Shown here: one piece after another, positions 1 through 10,233 of the stretch
How the letters are laid out: the number at the start of each line of letters is the position of its first letter
Numbering within the stretch: the first letter of the stretch is position 1
Assembly: GCA_036172245.1 (NCBI GenBank)
Contig: JAYWIR010000003.1
Location: forward strand, 3,472,001 to 3,536,000
DNA: 64,000 nt
From: Raillietiella orientalis
Taxonomy: Eukaryota
Reading direction: 5' to 3'
The notes under the pieces: model-generated
What the model was told of the DNA's origin: nothing
Seen by the model: only the letters and a program-made list of their open reading frames with translations
Databases searched by the model: none
Translations under genes and position numbers: made by a program

Positions 1-819
1 TCCGCCCGCTCCTTTGGCGGCGGCGGACGGGATGGGACGGGACTTGCGGAAGGACATGAGGGACTTGCGCTTGCGGTGGGCGGCGCAGATCGTGGCAATC
101 AGGTAGCCCATGAGGCCGGTCAGCAGGGCGCAAGGAACGAGCTTGACGGCAACGCCGTAGGTCCAGAAGAGGGCCATCCGCATGGAGTCGCTCTCGCCCA
201 CGCCGCGCACCAGGTACAGAGTCTCGCCGCGGCTGTTCTTCAGCTCCTCGATGCGGAGGGACAGGAACACAGGGAGGCACAGGATGGGCGGGAGCAGGTA
301 GGCGCTGGCGACGGTCATGGCGGCGCGGGAGCTGCTGCACAGCCGGGCGACGCTGCGGGGGAAGCGGACGTAGACGCAACGCCACACGGCCAGCGTCACC
401 GTCAGCCAGATGGAGATGGTGTGGAAGAGCTGGGTGAAGTGGGCGTGGAAGAGGACGAACGCCGCCCAACGGTACGTGTACTTGGCGGACTGCGTGCGAA
501 AGTGAAGGACGTAACTGTGGAGGCTGAAGGGGACGTACTCCAGCATGACCATCAGGTCGGCCACTGCCAGTCCCGTGAGGATCGTGTTGGTCGACGACCG
601 CATCTCGCGGCGGGTCAGCACCACCACGTTGATGACGTTGCTGACGGCCCCGAAGAAGCACACGCACAGGCTGAGATACCCGTAGAAGGAGCTGAAGACC
701 TGCTGGAAGTGCCGCAAGCTCCTGCCGCAGAACGCGCCCTCCAGCACGAAGTCGTTCGACTCCTTCGCCTCCATGACCAGGGAGTCGTTCAGCTGCCCCC
801 TGGCTTCCCCGAGAAACAT
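1..819 (-). CDS. MsR1: Myosuppressin receptor-like (MsR/dmsr-1 family) rhodopsin-class neuropeptide GPCR; N-terminus to start of ICL3, truncated by window edge
   Basis: Manual minus-strand translation from ATG 819: MFLGEARGQLNDSLVM...FCGRSLRHFQQVFSSFYGYLSLCVCFFGAVSNVINVVVLTRREMRSSTNTILTGLAVADLMVMLEYVPF...WAAFVLFHAHFTQLFHTISIWLTVTLAVWRC...FWTYGVAVKLVPCALLTGL. TM1-TM5 pattern and FHAxFTQxxHTISIWLTxxLAxWR match the myosuppressin receptor family as I recall it. N-terminal NDS sequon; in-frame stop upstream (~907-909); very GC3-rich codons. Plus ORF 76..978 is its antisense shadow. Confidence 0.9.
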   Translation of the reverse strand, partial: MFLGEARGQLNDSLVMEAKESNDFVLEGAFCGRSLRHFQQVFSSFYGYLSLCVCFFGAVSNVINVVVLTRREMRSSTNTILTGLAVADLMVMLEYVPFSLHSYVLHFRTQSAKYTYRWAAFVLFHAHFTQLFHTISIWLTVTLAVWRCVYVRFPRSVARLCSSSRAAMTVASAYLLPPILCLPVFLSLRIEELKNSRGETLYLVRGVGESDSMRMALFWTYGVAVKLVPCALLTGLMGYLIATICAAHRKRKSLMSFRKSRPIPSAAAKGAGG

Positions 820-892
820 CCTCCTTTTGCCGAGGTCCCTTTCGTGCTCGGAGGGAGATCCTGCTCGGTGGCGCTGCACCGCTGCCGGACCC

Positions 893-976
893 CTAGGAGG
901 AGCACGTCACCGGTGCGGAAGGACACACCCGGGAGCGCTCGGGGACGCAGTCACCAACTGGGAACAGAGCCGTCAT
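893..976 (-). promoter_or_regulatory. Upstream ORF (27 aa) in the GPCR 5'UTR exon
   Basis: Acceptor tcctccttttttccctgcttctttccag| puts the exon start at 992. ATG 976 to TAG 895-893 (MTALFPVGDCVPERSRVCPSAPVTCSS) ends about 70 nt before the receptor ATG. Confidence 0.5.
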
Positions 977-2929
977 GAGGCACTGACCGGTCCTGGAAAG
1001 AAGCAGGGAAAAAAGGAGGACATCAGAAGAGTGTCTTGGAGGGTCGCATCACGAATGGAGGGACAGAAAGGCCGGAGGGGAGGCCGCGGGTACCGAGGAG
1101 GCGTTTTCGGCACGGAGCGACGACCGTGGCGATCTCCTACCGCGCCCATCGCTCTGAGGGGACGTGCCGCAGGCTGCAGCGCTCCCGCGGAGTTCTGCGC
1201 GGTCTTGTCGGGCCGGGAAACGAGAGCGAAGCCAGGCGATGACCTTCCGGGACCGACCATCACCTCTGTCCTCCGCCCTGCTCGCTTCTTCGGTTTTCCT
1301 CCCAGTGGAAATCGCGCGGTTCCGCCTCTGCTGGGAGACAGACCGGGAGGAAGGGCGCTTCTCTGACCAGTCCCACCCACCCGCTTTCTCTACGTAGTGG
1401 GTATTCATCTCCCTAGCCTGGAACGTTAGATGCAGACAGAAGGGCAGGCGGACGGTCACTCCTGGGAGATGCCGTGCCTCAGACGCGCAGGTCACGTGCA
1501 GGAAACTCACCGGCAAACTGCCGGTAGGAGGGTCGCACGCTCCGTAAGGACGACGTTTGCCCCTCTCCTCTCCTTCTCCCCCCTATGACCCCTCCGAAGA
1601 GCTACAGGGTAAGTTGCCGTGCCACCCGGGACGGAATTCAGGACGAAGAGGTCTCCGCGCCCTCTGGCGCGACACGGCGCTGACAGAGTTCTGTCGTTGG
1701 CATTGCATTTCCTGGAGGCTTCCTGTCGTGTCTACGGTGTCAGGGAGCTCGTGGCCGCCCTCCCGCCTACCCTCTGAGCGCATCGAGACCTCCAGGGCTG
1801 CGCCAGCAGTAGCGACCCTCGCGCGCTGCTGGACGCCACGGTTGCTACTAGTAGGATCGGAGTTTCCTCTCGGGAAGGGCCGAAGTTGCCTGGAGAGCGG
1901 CGGTGGCACTCGCCGTGTAGCTTTGACCCCGCAGTACAGTTTCCATGCGGACCCATCCCGAAGCTGAGAGCTTCCCTGGGAGAGCACGTCAGCGAGAGTG
2001 GCGGCGCCGCGGAATGGATGCTCTGCCGGCAACCCATCCCCTGGTCCGTCCCTATCCACAGGGAGGATACGCTCGACGCTCATCGGGAGCAGTTCAGGAG
2101 AGCTCCCTCGAGGTCTTGCAGACGCAGACGGCGAAGTTGTCGCCGCGGCGGGACGAGAGATTTCCAGGACTCACGGGGAAATGGATCGCGTCCGTTGGCT
2201 CGCTCCCCCACGAACTGCCCAGGAATCCGCAGGCTTCCAGCGACACCAGCTCCTCCTCCTCGCCCGAACGCAAGGAGCATTCCCAAAGGAAGACGGCGGG
2301 GAAGCGAGTCGAGCGGTCCCTGGGGAGCGTCGTCGTTGCCGTCCCGGAGGGATGCTGAAACGCGAAAAAATCCCGAGAGGTTGCAACGGGGACGTCCTTC
2401 CCCTCAGACCACCCCTTCGCGCCGAGCCTCCGGACAGCGGCGCCGAGGGAACCAGCGCTTGGCAGAGGGCCCAAAGCGGCGGACAGACCGGAGGGGTGGG
2501 GAGGGCGGAACCTCCAGTCCGCGTCTGCATGGCATCTGCGCCTAGCAGGGGACAATCGGAAGGAGAGGAGCTCGTCCCGGAAACCCCCAGAGAGGAGCAG
2601 GAGTTGCGGCCAACCGGAGGCTGGAAGCGGCGTGCGCAGAGCTCGGGGTCGGCGACCGAAGGCGGGGCAGCACGCGCGCCCCTGCGTCCCTCGGTCCGGC
2701 AGGAGTGAACTCGGAATAGCGGCGCGCGTGAGCGGCCGGCTGAAAGACCCGCAGGTGATCACCTCTGGCGGAGAAACGTGCGCGCGTGCGTGCGTTCGGC
2801 TGCGAGAAGGGGAAAGGGAGGAGAGGGCAGGGCGCCCCTGCACGGGTGTATCGGATGGTCTGCATCCGGGAGCATGGGTGTAGGCGAGGATGGCTGGAAT
2901 GGCTCACCCTGCGGTCATCTGCGGCAAAC

Positions 2930-3065
2930 AGGGAGGAGTGGAGGAAAAGAAATGGAAGAGGAGGAAGACGAGGAGGTAGAAAAGGAGGATGGTGAGGAGA
3001 AAGAAGAGGAGCAAAATGAGAGGATGAAGAAGAGGAGGAGGAAGGAACGAGGATGGAAGGAGCAA
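2930..3065 (+). repeat. Purine-rich (GAG/GAA) low-complexity tract
   Basis: Near-pure A/G run such as gaggaagacgaggaggtagaaaaggaggatggtgaggagaaagaagaggag; a similar tract lies at ~3415-3495. Confidence 0.75.
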
Positions 3066-3571
3066 GCTGAGAAGTCTGCTCACCAGGATCCGACGGATGG
3101 GTGGAACTCCCAGGAAGGGCGCACGTGCTACGACAGGGGAAGGAGAGGGAGGCTCAGTCAAGCGCACTTGACGGTACTGTCGGGCGAGGATGCGATCCAG
3201 GAGGCGGCGGGCCCTCGCCACCTAGAGCCTCGCGTGGAGGGATGGGCTCTGAAAAGACGCTCTGCAGGAAGTTGAGCCTCGCAGCAGGGGTGCTGACCTC
3301 CGTGCTAGGGAGCTCCCCCCTCGTTGGGAGTGTTTAAAAGGCTCTTCGGCGGGTTTGGGAATGGGAAGGAATGGGGATGACCACAGATCGTTCACCTTCC
3401 GGACATCTGTTAAAAACAGAGAGGAGGAAGAGAAATAGAGGAAGCATAGGAGCAGGAGGAGGAGGAAGAGAAGGAGGTGGAAGCGGAAGAGAGAGTTCGT
3501 GGAGTGTGTGAGGGCCCACTTCTCGGACTCTGCAAGACGAAGGGACAGGCCGAAAAGACTCAGGACCCAGT

Positions 3572-3606
3572 CCCTGGAGGACCCAGGACACCGAGCGCGG
3601 ATGACG
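3572..3606 (+). repeat. Dispersed repeat copy 1 (partner at 7934-7968)
   Basis: ccctggaggacccaggacaccgagcgcgga (30 nt) is identical at 3572-3601 and 7934-7963 (34/35 when extended); weaker similarity continues upstream. Confidence 0.85.
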
Positions 3607-6600
3607 AGTTCAGACGAGCCTACTGGAAAGGTGGGACTCCGTAGGTCCACGGACTGGAGCGTAGGTCCCCTTCCAGGAGTGAGCTCTCAGATTTTCAATG
3701 AGAGCGGCTCGCGCCGCTCAGAACTGAATGAGACCATCTGACAGGGGCGATTCGCTTGCGGACCGGGAGAAGCGGTGTGACAGGTGCAGCGGAAAGCAGG
3801 GAGCAGGATCGAGGGGAAAGGGGAAAGTGGTCGTGTCCTAAGGACCTGGTCTCTTTGCTTGCATGGAGCGGGGAAAATGGATGTCGGATCAGGATAAGCA
3901 CAGCAGGACACAAGGCAGGTCAATGGAGGTCTGGTCGTATCGTCGGAGTCACACATGGCTCCTGGATGCTGCTGACTGCCCCCGAGGTCACGGTGCCACC
4001 CTAACAGCAGCTCGAACCGTATCCCATCCCCAAGGAGACCTCTGGGACCGCAGCAACCCACGATCGGCTCCACCTGTCCGTTCGACGCAGCTGACCTTGG
4101 CGAGGCTCCCAGTCGGGTCGGCGCAACTCGCAGGTTGTACTGGCAGGATGTCCGCACGGCTTGAATAGAAGCTGCGGCAGCTGGCTCTGGACCAGCGTCC
4201 GGAACTTTCGCCGCCGCTCGTCAGCATGGGCTGCGCACCGAGCGGAGAAAGGTATGGGCTCCAGCGAGCAGGCAGTTCCCGCTGAGCGCTGCTCGTCCCG
4301 ATCTACATACGGCCAGGTCTGACCTCAGCAGACCCACCCGTAGGTGGAGGGTTAATTCCTCTACCTTTAAGGTACCCCCCGCAAACACATTTCCTCGAGG
4401 TCAGCAGCGCGGGCACGAGCATCGGCAACCCGTTTGACCCCATTTGGAGGGGGAGCCCCAGCAGGCAGATCAATCTGCCGGCTCCCCCGTCACGAGCCGG
4501 GTCACGGCGTTTCCTGGAGTTCCCTTCTTCCTCCAGCATGTTCCTTCTCTCACGCTTCCTGTCACGAAAGGAGGAGAAAAAATGAGTCAGCAGGGGAACG
4601 GCGGCCGTCTGGTGCTTTCCGCGACGCCACGTCTCGGCGGGCATCTTCTGCTCTCCAGCTCCGGCTGATTTCCGAGGATTCTCTTCGTGGAGACCGCATC
4701 TTTCCCCTCTGGCGCAGAAGGGACCCGGCGGAGAAAGGTTGCTTGCGTCAGTTCTCCCTGGATCGCCTCGTCGGGTCTCGGAAAGCCGGATGCAGTGGCG
4801 AAGACAGCAGCACCCCCCAGGGAAGGAGCGAGAGAGGGGGAAAGGGAACGTTTCTCTTCCCGTTGAGGCATGGGGTGAGCGTGCGCTTCCGACCGCCCTG
4901 AGAGACCTGCCACCTGGAGCGGCGTTTCGTCTTTTTCCGCAGACCTCGACTCCATCGTGAGCTGGTGCAAGGATCGAGGCGAAAACGGGAAGCACCTGCC
5001 AGTTCGCATCGCCGGCACCACGGACAGTCCCGCGAGCTGCACTAAATACGACCAAAAAAAAAAAGCGAAAGAATGGAAAGAGGGGGCGGAAGAATTCCTC
5101 CCAAGCGAATGCATCTCCTCTACAGAGCGCAGAGGCAAACACGCGCGAGAGAAGCGCTGCCGCCTGCTTGCAGCGCCATATCCACGCAGCGGCCGAACGC
5201 GGGGAAGGGGGGTGGGGAGAAACAGCCTCGATCGAATCAGCTCGACTGATTAGAATAGGAAACTACGGAATCAACCCAGGCTTCTTGGGTCCCTTCCCCC
5301 TCCTTCCCTATTTTGGTTTCATCTTTTCCGCGAGTCGTATCACTCGATTCCCCGTTCCAAGTCTGCGGCTGAATGGAGGGGACATGCGGCGTCCTCCCGA
5401 CCTCGAGCAAATCGTCACGATCCGGATCGTGACGTCGGCGTGCGTCGGACCTTCCGATATGATGAGTCTGGTAAATAACCTATTTCTCCGGATCCCGGTC
5501 TCCCCTTCCCCCAGTTGGCCGGGGGAACAAATTGCGAAGAGATCTGAGGAAAGACAGCGGCTGCTGCCATGCGAAAAACCACACAAAGCACGGGAGGCTT
5601 TCAACGGTAAGCGCTCGCCTCGGCTGCTTTCAGACAGCTCACTCGACTGGACTGCGTCCCCAGTGTGATTAAACGATTGCGTCATCTGAGCTGGTCCCTT
5701 CGTTCTCGTGGACGCCACTCAGCGCCCGTTGCGACGGGCTCACGGGTCCACCGCCTCGACGCTTCCACGTAATGAAAATGCGTGTGTTCCCTCCGCTGAC
5801 GGCAGCAGTGGACGGGGTGTGGCACCGCGCAACCTCCAGACAAGAAAGACACGCGGTGCACATGCAATGACCACGCAGCTAGGGAGCTATGACGTAGCTC
5901 AGCGGATGTGAAAGCTAGGCCCTACTCCCTCGCGAGAAAATCCACCTTCGAAACGCGAACAAGCGGAATGTACGAGGTTTCGACTTCATCTTGGAGTATC
6001 TCGTGGGAGGAGCAACCCGAAACCACTGGGATCCACCGGATCATAATCGTCTTCCGATCTCGTGAAAGACGGAGGTGTCCAGCCTGCTGGCTGAACTCAT
6101 TTGAATAGGTGTCCGGCCCTTTGCTCAGGAGTCAAGAGCGAGTGCTAAAGCTTAAGGACTTTGTCTGCGTCCTCGACGCCGATGAGGACGCTGCGAATGC
6201 AAACAAGACGGCCAAGCAAACCATCACTCGCGTGCTGCTGCCCTGTGCACTCGCATCCTAGATCCGGAATGTGTCGCTTTCCCCTCCCCCGCAGAGCCTA
6301 ATGTGTTTCGGATTGCATCACCCGTTTTCCAGGTCTGTTGCTAATTTTACGTCCCGTAATGAAATCAACTTCCTCTATCGTTTAATCTGAAAAATCTTCC
6401 CGTAATCTGCTTGAGAAAAGGGAGGGAATGGGGAAGATGGATGAAACGAGGGGAAAGAAGACATTCCTGAGGTGCTTCAACAATGCATCTGCTTTCTTCC
6501 GAAGGTCCTCATTCGGGAATGGGGCTTTTCCGAGTGGGGGGATGTTTACCGGCGACACCCTGTTGCGTGTTTTTGCCCCGTAGCCGATTCTTGGATGCGG

Positions 6601-7933
6601 CAGTTCAAAGTTGGGATGCATGCAGATGACAAAGAACTCGGTGTGCCTTTCCGTGACTCTCGCCTTCTCTCTTTCCTGTCCTCCCTTTCCTAGCCTTCGG
6701 ACGCACTCCCTTTCCCGCGGGGGCATCTGGGGCTTTGACGGCTCCTTAGTAACCGGCAAGCGGCGCGTCCGGGAGCACCCGGATAGGTCCTGCGGAAGGG
6801 GAAATTCCAAGACGAAGTAAGGGAAGGGTCTCCCTCCTCTTCCTCCTACCTTCCCCCCCCTCTATTCCCCTTCCAACTCTGCTCAGAAGCACCGGAAGCC
6901 ATCGCAGTGAGACTCCATCAGTCTTCCAGGAACCGACGATGCGGAAGGAAGAGAGAAGAAGCTCGAGGCGGCCGAAGGAAGGGAGGAATCACCTTCTTCC
7001 GTCTCGGCTCGTTCCCTTGGCAACTTCGCAGTCCAAGGAAATTCCTCCGAGAAAGACTTCTCGAGAGAGCTTCCTCTCGCATGTCCCTTCTGCGCTGTGT
7101 TCCCGTTTCGATCTTCTTGAAGTCCCTTTCTGTTTCTATGGCCCCTTTTTCGCTCTCTGGCTCTGTGACTCCCGTGCTTGCGTGCCATTTAACGAAGGCG
7201 TGGGAGGAATATGCAGGAAAAGTGCCAGTAAATAGGACGAGCCCTGGTGAAATGCTGTTTGGGGAAGAGGAAGGGCTTGGGGTGTCTTTGGGAGATCTCT
7301 ATTTGCTTGCAGGCGCGAGCTGGCTTCCCGGGTACATCTGACCAAACCCTACCGCGTGGCCTGAGGGAGCTACCGCTCTCCTTCAGGAAAACAGAAGGTC
7401 TCCAGGCGTACCCAGAGGCCGCCTCAGTTGCCTCCGGCATCGCACTTGACGCGGCGCATCTTGACCGCACGGCAAAAATGTCTCGTCCGTTCGTTCTTTC
7501 CATCATGTTGAGATGCGGAGTCTCCGTCGAAGCCCTGCGAGTGCTCCTGCCTGCCTTGTGCCTCCATCGAGCGGCCCACTCGTCGGGCTGAAGGGATGGA
7601 TGCACGAGGAGGCTCTGCGTAGCATCTGACGGCTCCCGTCTCGCCCACTTGTGGGGAACCGAACCAGGCTCAGCTTCTGTATCGGCGACACCATGAGCAC
7701 CCTCAGGGAGAGTTCCCGCCGAGGGTCGCTCGTGCGGTCGCAGTTAAGGTGAGGTTAGCTGCTCTCCGAAAGGCCATTCCTTCCTGAGGAAAATTCCAGG
7801 GTAGTTTGTGGAACGTGGGATGCGCCCAATGTCCACGTCCTGCGTTTCCCTCCTTCCCGCAAGGCGAAAGCAGGACAGACCGCAAAGACTCCCCGCAGAG
7901 CGCTTGCATCCTCTCGGAACTTCTTGTGGGATA

Positions 7934-7968
7934 CCCTGGAGGACCCAGGACACCGAGCGCGGAAGACG
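7934..7968 (+). repeat. Dispersed repeat copy 2 (partner at 3572-3606)
   Basis: Same 30-nt exact core. Upstream ggacagaccgcaaagactc resembles ggacaggccgaaaagactc of copy 1, offset by an indel. Confidence 0.85.
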
Positions 7969-10153
7969 GAGCCAAAACAAGGAGGAGCGCGGTGACCAAG
8001 TCTCACAGGATAACCCTCAAAGCCGATGAAAGCAGCGCGCCGCTTTCCTCGCTCAGAGTCGCCCCGGCGTTCTCTCTTCCGGCATTGCACGGTCAGCACG
8101 CTGCGGGTGGCCACCGAAGGGTACTGCTGCCGCCGCCACCATCCTGCCTTCTCTGTCTGCTCTCTTGCCCTTCAAGCCGCGCGAGCGACGACGAGCCCGA
8201 TCGCCGCGCAGGGGAAGGTCCCGAGCTATGGGAGGTGCCCGGAGAGAAAAGTCATCTCGGATCCAGCGACGCAGCGGTTCACCTCACCGGAGTCTCTTTT
8301 CCCTCGAGTGGCAGTGGAGGATGCCGGGATTCCCGAGGCCCTGAGCGGCGCTCCCTGGTGATCCCATCCGATCCATTTCATTCCCCTCGTCCCCGACGCC
8401 GGCGATCGAAGCGGGCGCGCGCTCCTTCCCCGGAAAGGGAAAGCTCGTTCTGCGGTTCCCCGAACGAGACGCGATCCGGCCGCGGCGTGCGGGAAGAGGC
8501 AGGAGAGGCGCTGGCAGCGAGCTCTCCCGCAGGCAATTTTAGAGACAGCGCCAAGGGGCGGCCCTCCAGTGCGGTTCGGCCGCTGCGGTGAAAGACGGGG
8601 GCTGTTCGTGTGCGTACAGCCAAAGCGTGTACAAGGAGGGGCTGCTTGGGTCCCTTGCCTCCCGGGTCTCTCGGTCACACGGGAACAAGAAAGGGACGAA
8701 GAGCCCGAGCTCCTTGGAGGCGGGAGCTGGGCGCTGGGGCGAGCGGCGAATCCTCCGCGGCGGCAGCGGCGGCTATCGGACGGGGCGATCTCTGGAGAAG
8801 GAATCGATCGATCGAGCATTCCCGGATCGGTCCGGAGCCACCTGCGCCTCGCCACAGGCAGCAGCAGGCACGGGAGCCTCCATACAAGGCGCGAGGGGTT
8901 GCCTCGGGGGCTCCTCCGGTTGCTGGCAGCCTCGAGAGGGCGCGACCGGGAAGAACGGCTCCGTCCTAGCTTCTCCCTCCGCGAGCGCGTGGTGCTCGCT
9001 CGGGTGAGGTCGTCTCCGTCCGCCGCCGTCTCCGGGGGGCGTTTCTTCCTCCTGCCGTCTCCTCGAGGGGTGCAAGAAGGGTCTGACTCCAGCCGCCACG
9101 GGAACTCGAGAACGAGCCGTCTCCAGGAAGACTGAGCCTCCCTTCGCTTCGCTGCGAGTCCGCACGGCGTGGGCCGGCGGCTGGTGCGTACGTGCGCCCT
9201 CTGCGCCCCCGGAGGAAAGAGAAGCGGAGGAAGAAAAAAAGGGAGGAAGAAAGGGGGAGGGCAGGAAGGAGGGAAGCTCCTGTGTTTTCCAGTGGTTTCG
9301 CGCGCGCGAGCGGACGGCGGCGAGCAGAGCTCCGCAGCTCGTTTTGCCAGGATGTTCCGCCGCTTCCCTGTCGATCCAGCCTGGGCCCGCCTACGCTGCA
9401 AAGTGCGGCCCGCGCGTCGGCGTGCGCGTCGAAACGTCACGTACGGCTGAAAGGTGACGACTGCGTAACCAAAGTCTTTGCGAAACGTTAAGCAACGGAC
9501 GGTGCGGGCGTCCGGTCGGGCACTGCGCGCCCCATTAGCCGGGATCGTTTCGTCCACCGATCGCGCGCGCTCCTTAACCGATGGACCGTTTCCCGGACGA
9601 CAGCAGCGGCGGCAGCCAGAGGGAACTGCAGCGGCGGCTTTTCGTTCGTAGCGGAGGGGGAAATAACGTCGCATGGAGACTTAAAACGCGCGCGCCCATG
9701 CCAACAATCCGTTTCGCTTTCTTTCCTTTACCGGGAGGTGAGGTCGGGAGAGCTTCGGGAGTGTTTCCGGAAGGTCGGCCGCTCGGTTCGAGGAAGTCTT
9801 CGTTCCGGATTCTGGAGCGGACCGCACTCTCACTTCACAGGACGACTCGGTCGCGAGACTCCGGAGGGGCGCAAGGAGTGGGGAGAAGCAGGGAGGAGGG
9901 GAGCTATCCTGCCCGCCGACGCGGAGGGGAGACCAATGGGGTCCCATGGGGAGGAAGGCGCACTCGGGATTCACTGAGAGACACCACCGCCACCGCCGCC
10001 AGACGGTTACTTGCATTCTTCCTTCCCGACTTCACCTCGCTCCTTCTTCCTGTTCCTGTCCTTCCCACGAGCTGCTCCTCCGGAGCTGACCGAGCGAAAG
10101 GGGAAACTTTGCCACGCTCTCGGCATGCAATCAGATAAAAACAACCGGGTTAC

Positions 10154-10233
10154 CTTGGTTCCTTCCGGGTGCACAGCAGCACGTGCCGGGAACCTGCAGA
10201 GTACCGGGAACTACTTGGCTCCCGTTTTATATA
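10154..10233 (-). promoter_or_regulatory. Candidate TATA-box promoter and short non-coding first exon, probably of the GPCR
   Basis: Minus-strand TATATAAAA at 10233-10225 in a CpG-rich context, predicted TSS ~10200, then a good donor AAG|GTAACC at 10154/10153. Link to the GPCR acceptor at 993 is inferred. Confidence 0.4.

Noticed and set aside
76..978. 300-aa plus-strand ORF
   Set aside because: Antisense shadow of the GC3-rich GPCR coding sequence.
2778..3275. Glu/Lys-rich ORF
   Set aside because: Translation of a purine-rich low-complexity tract.
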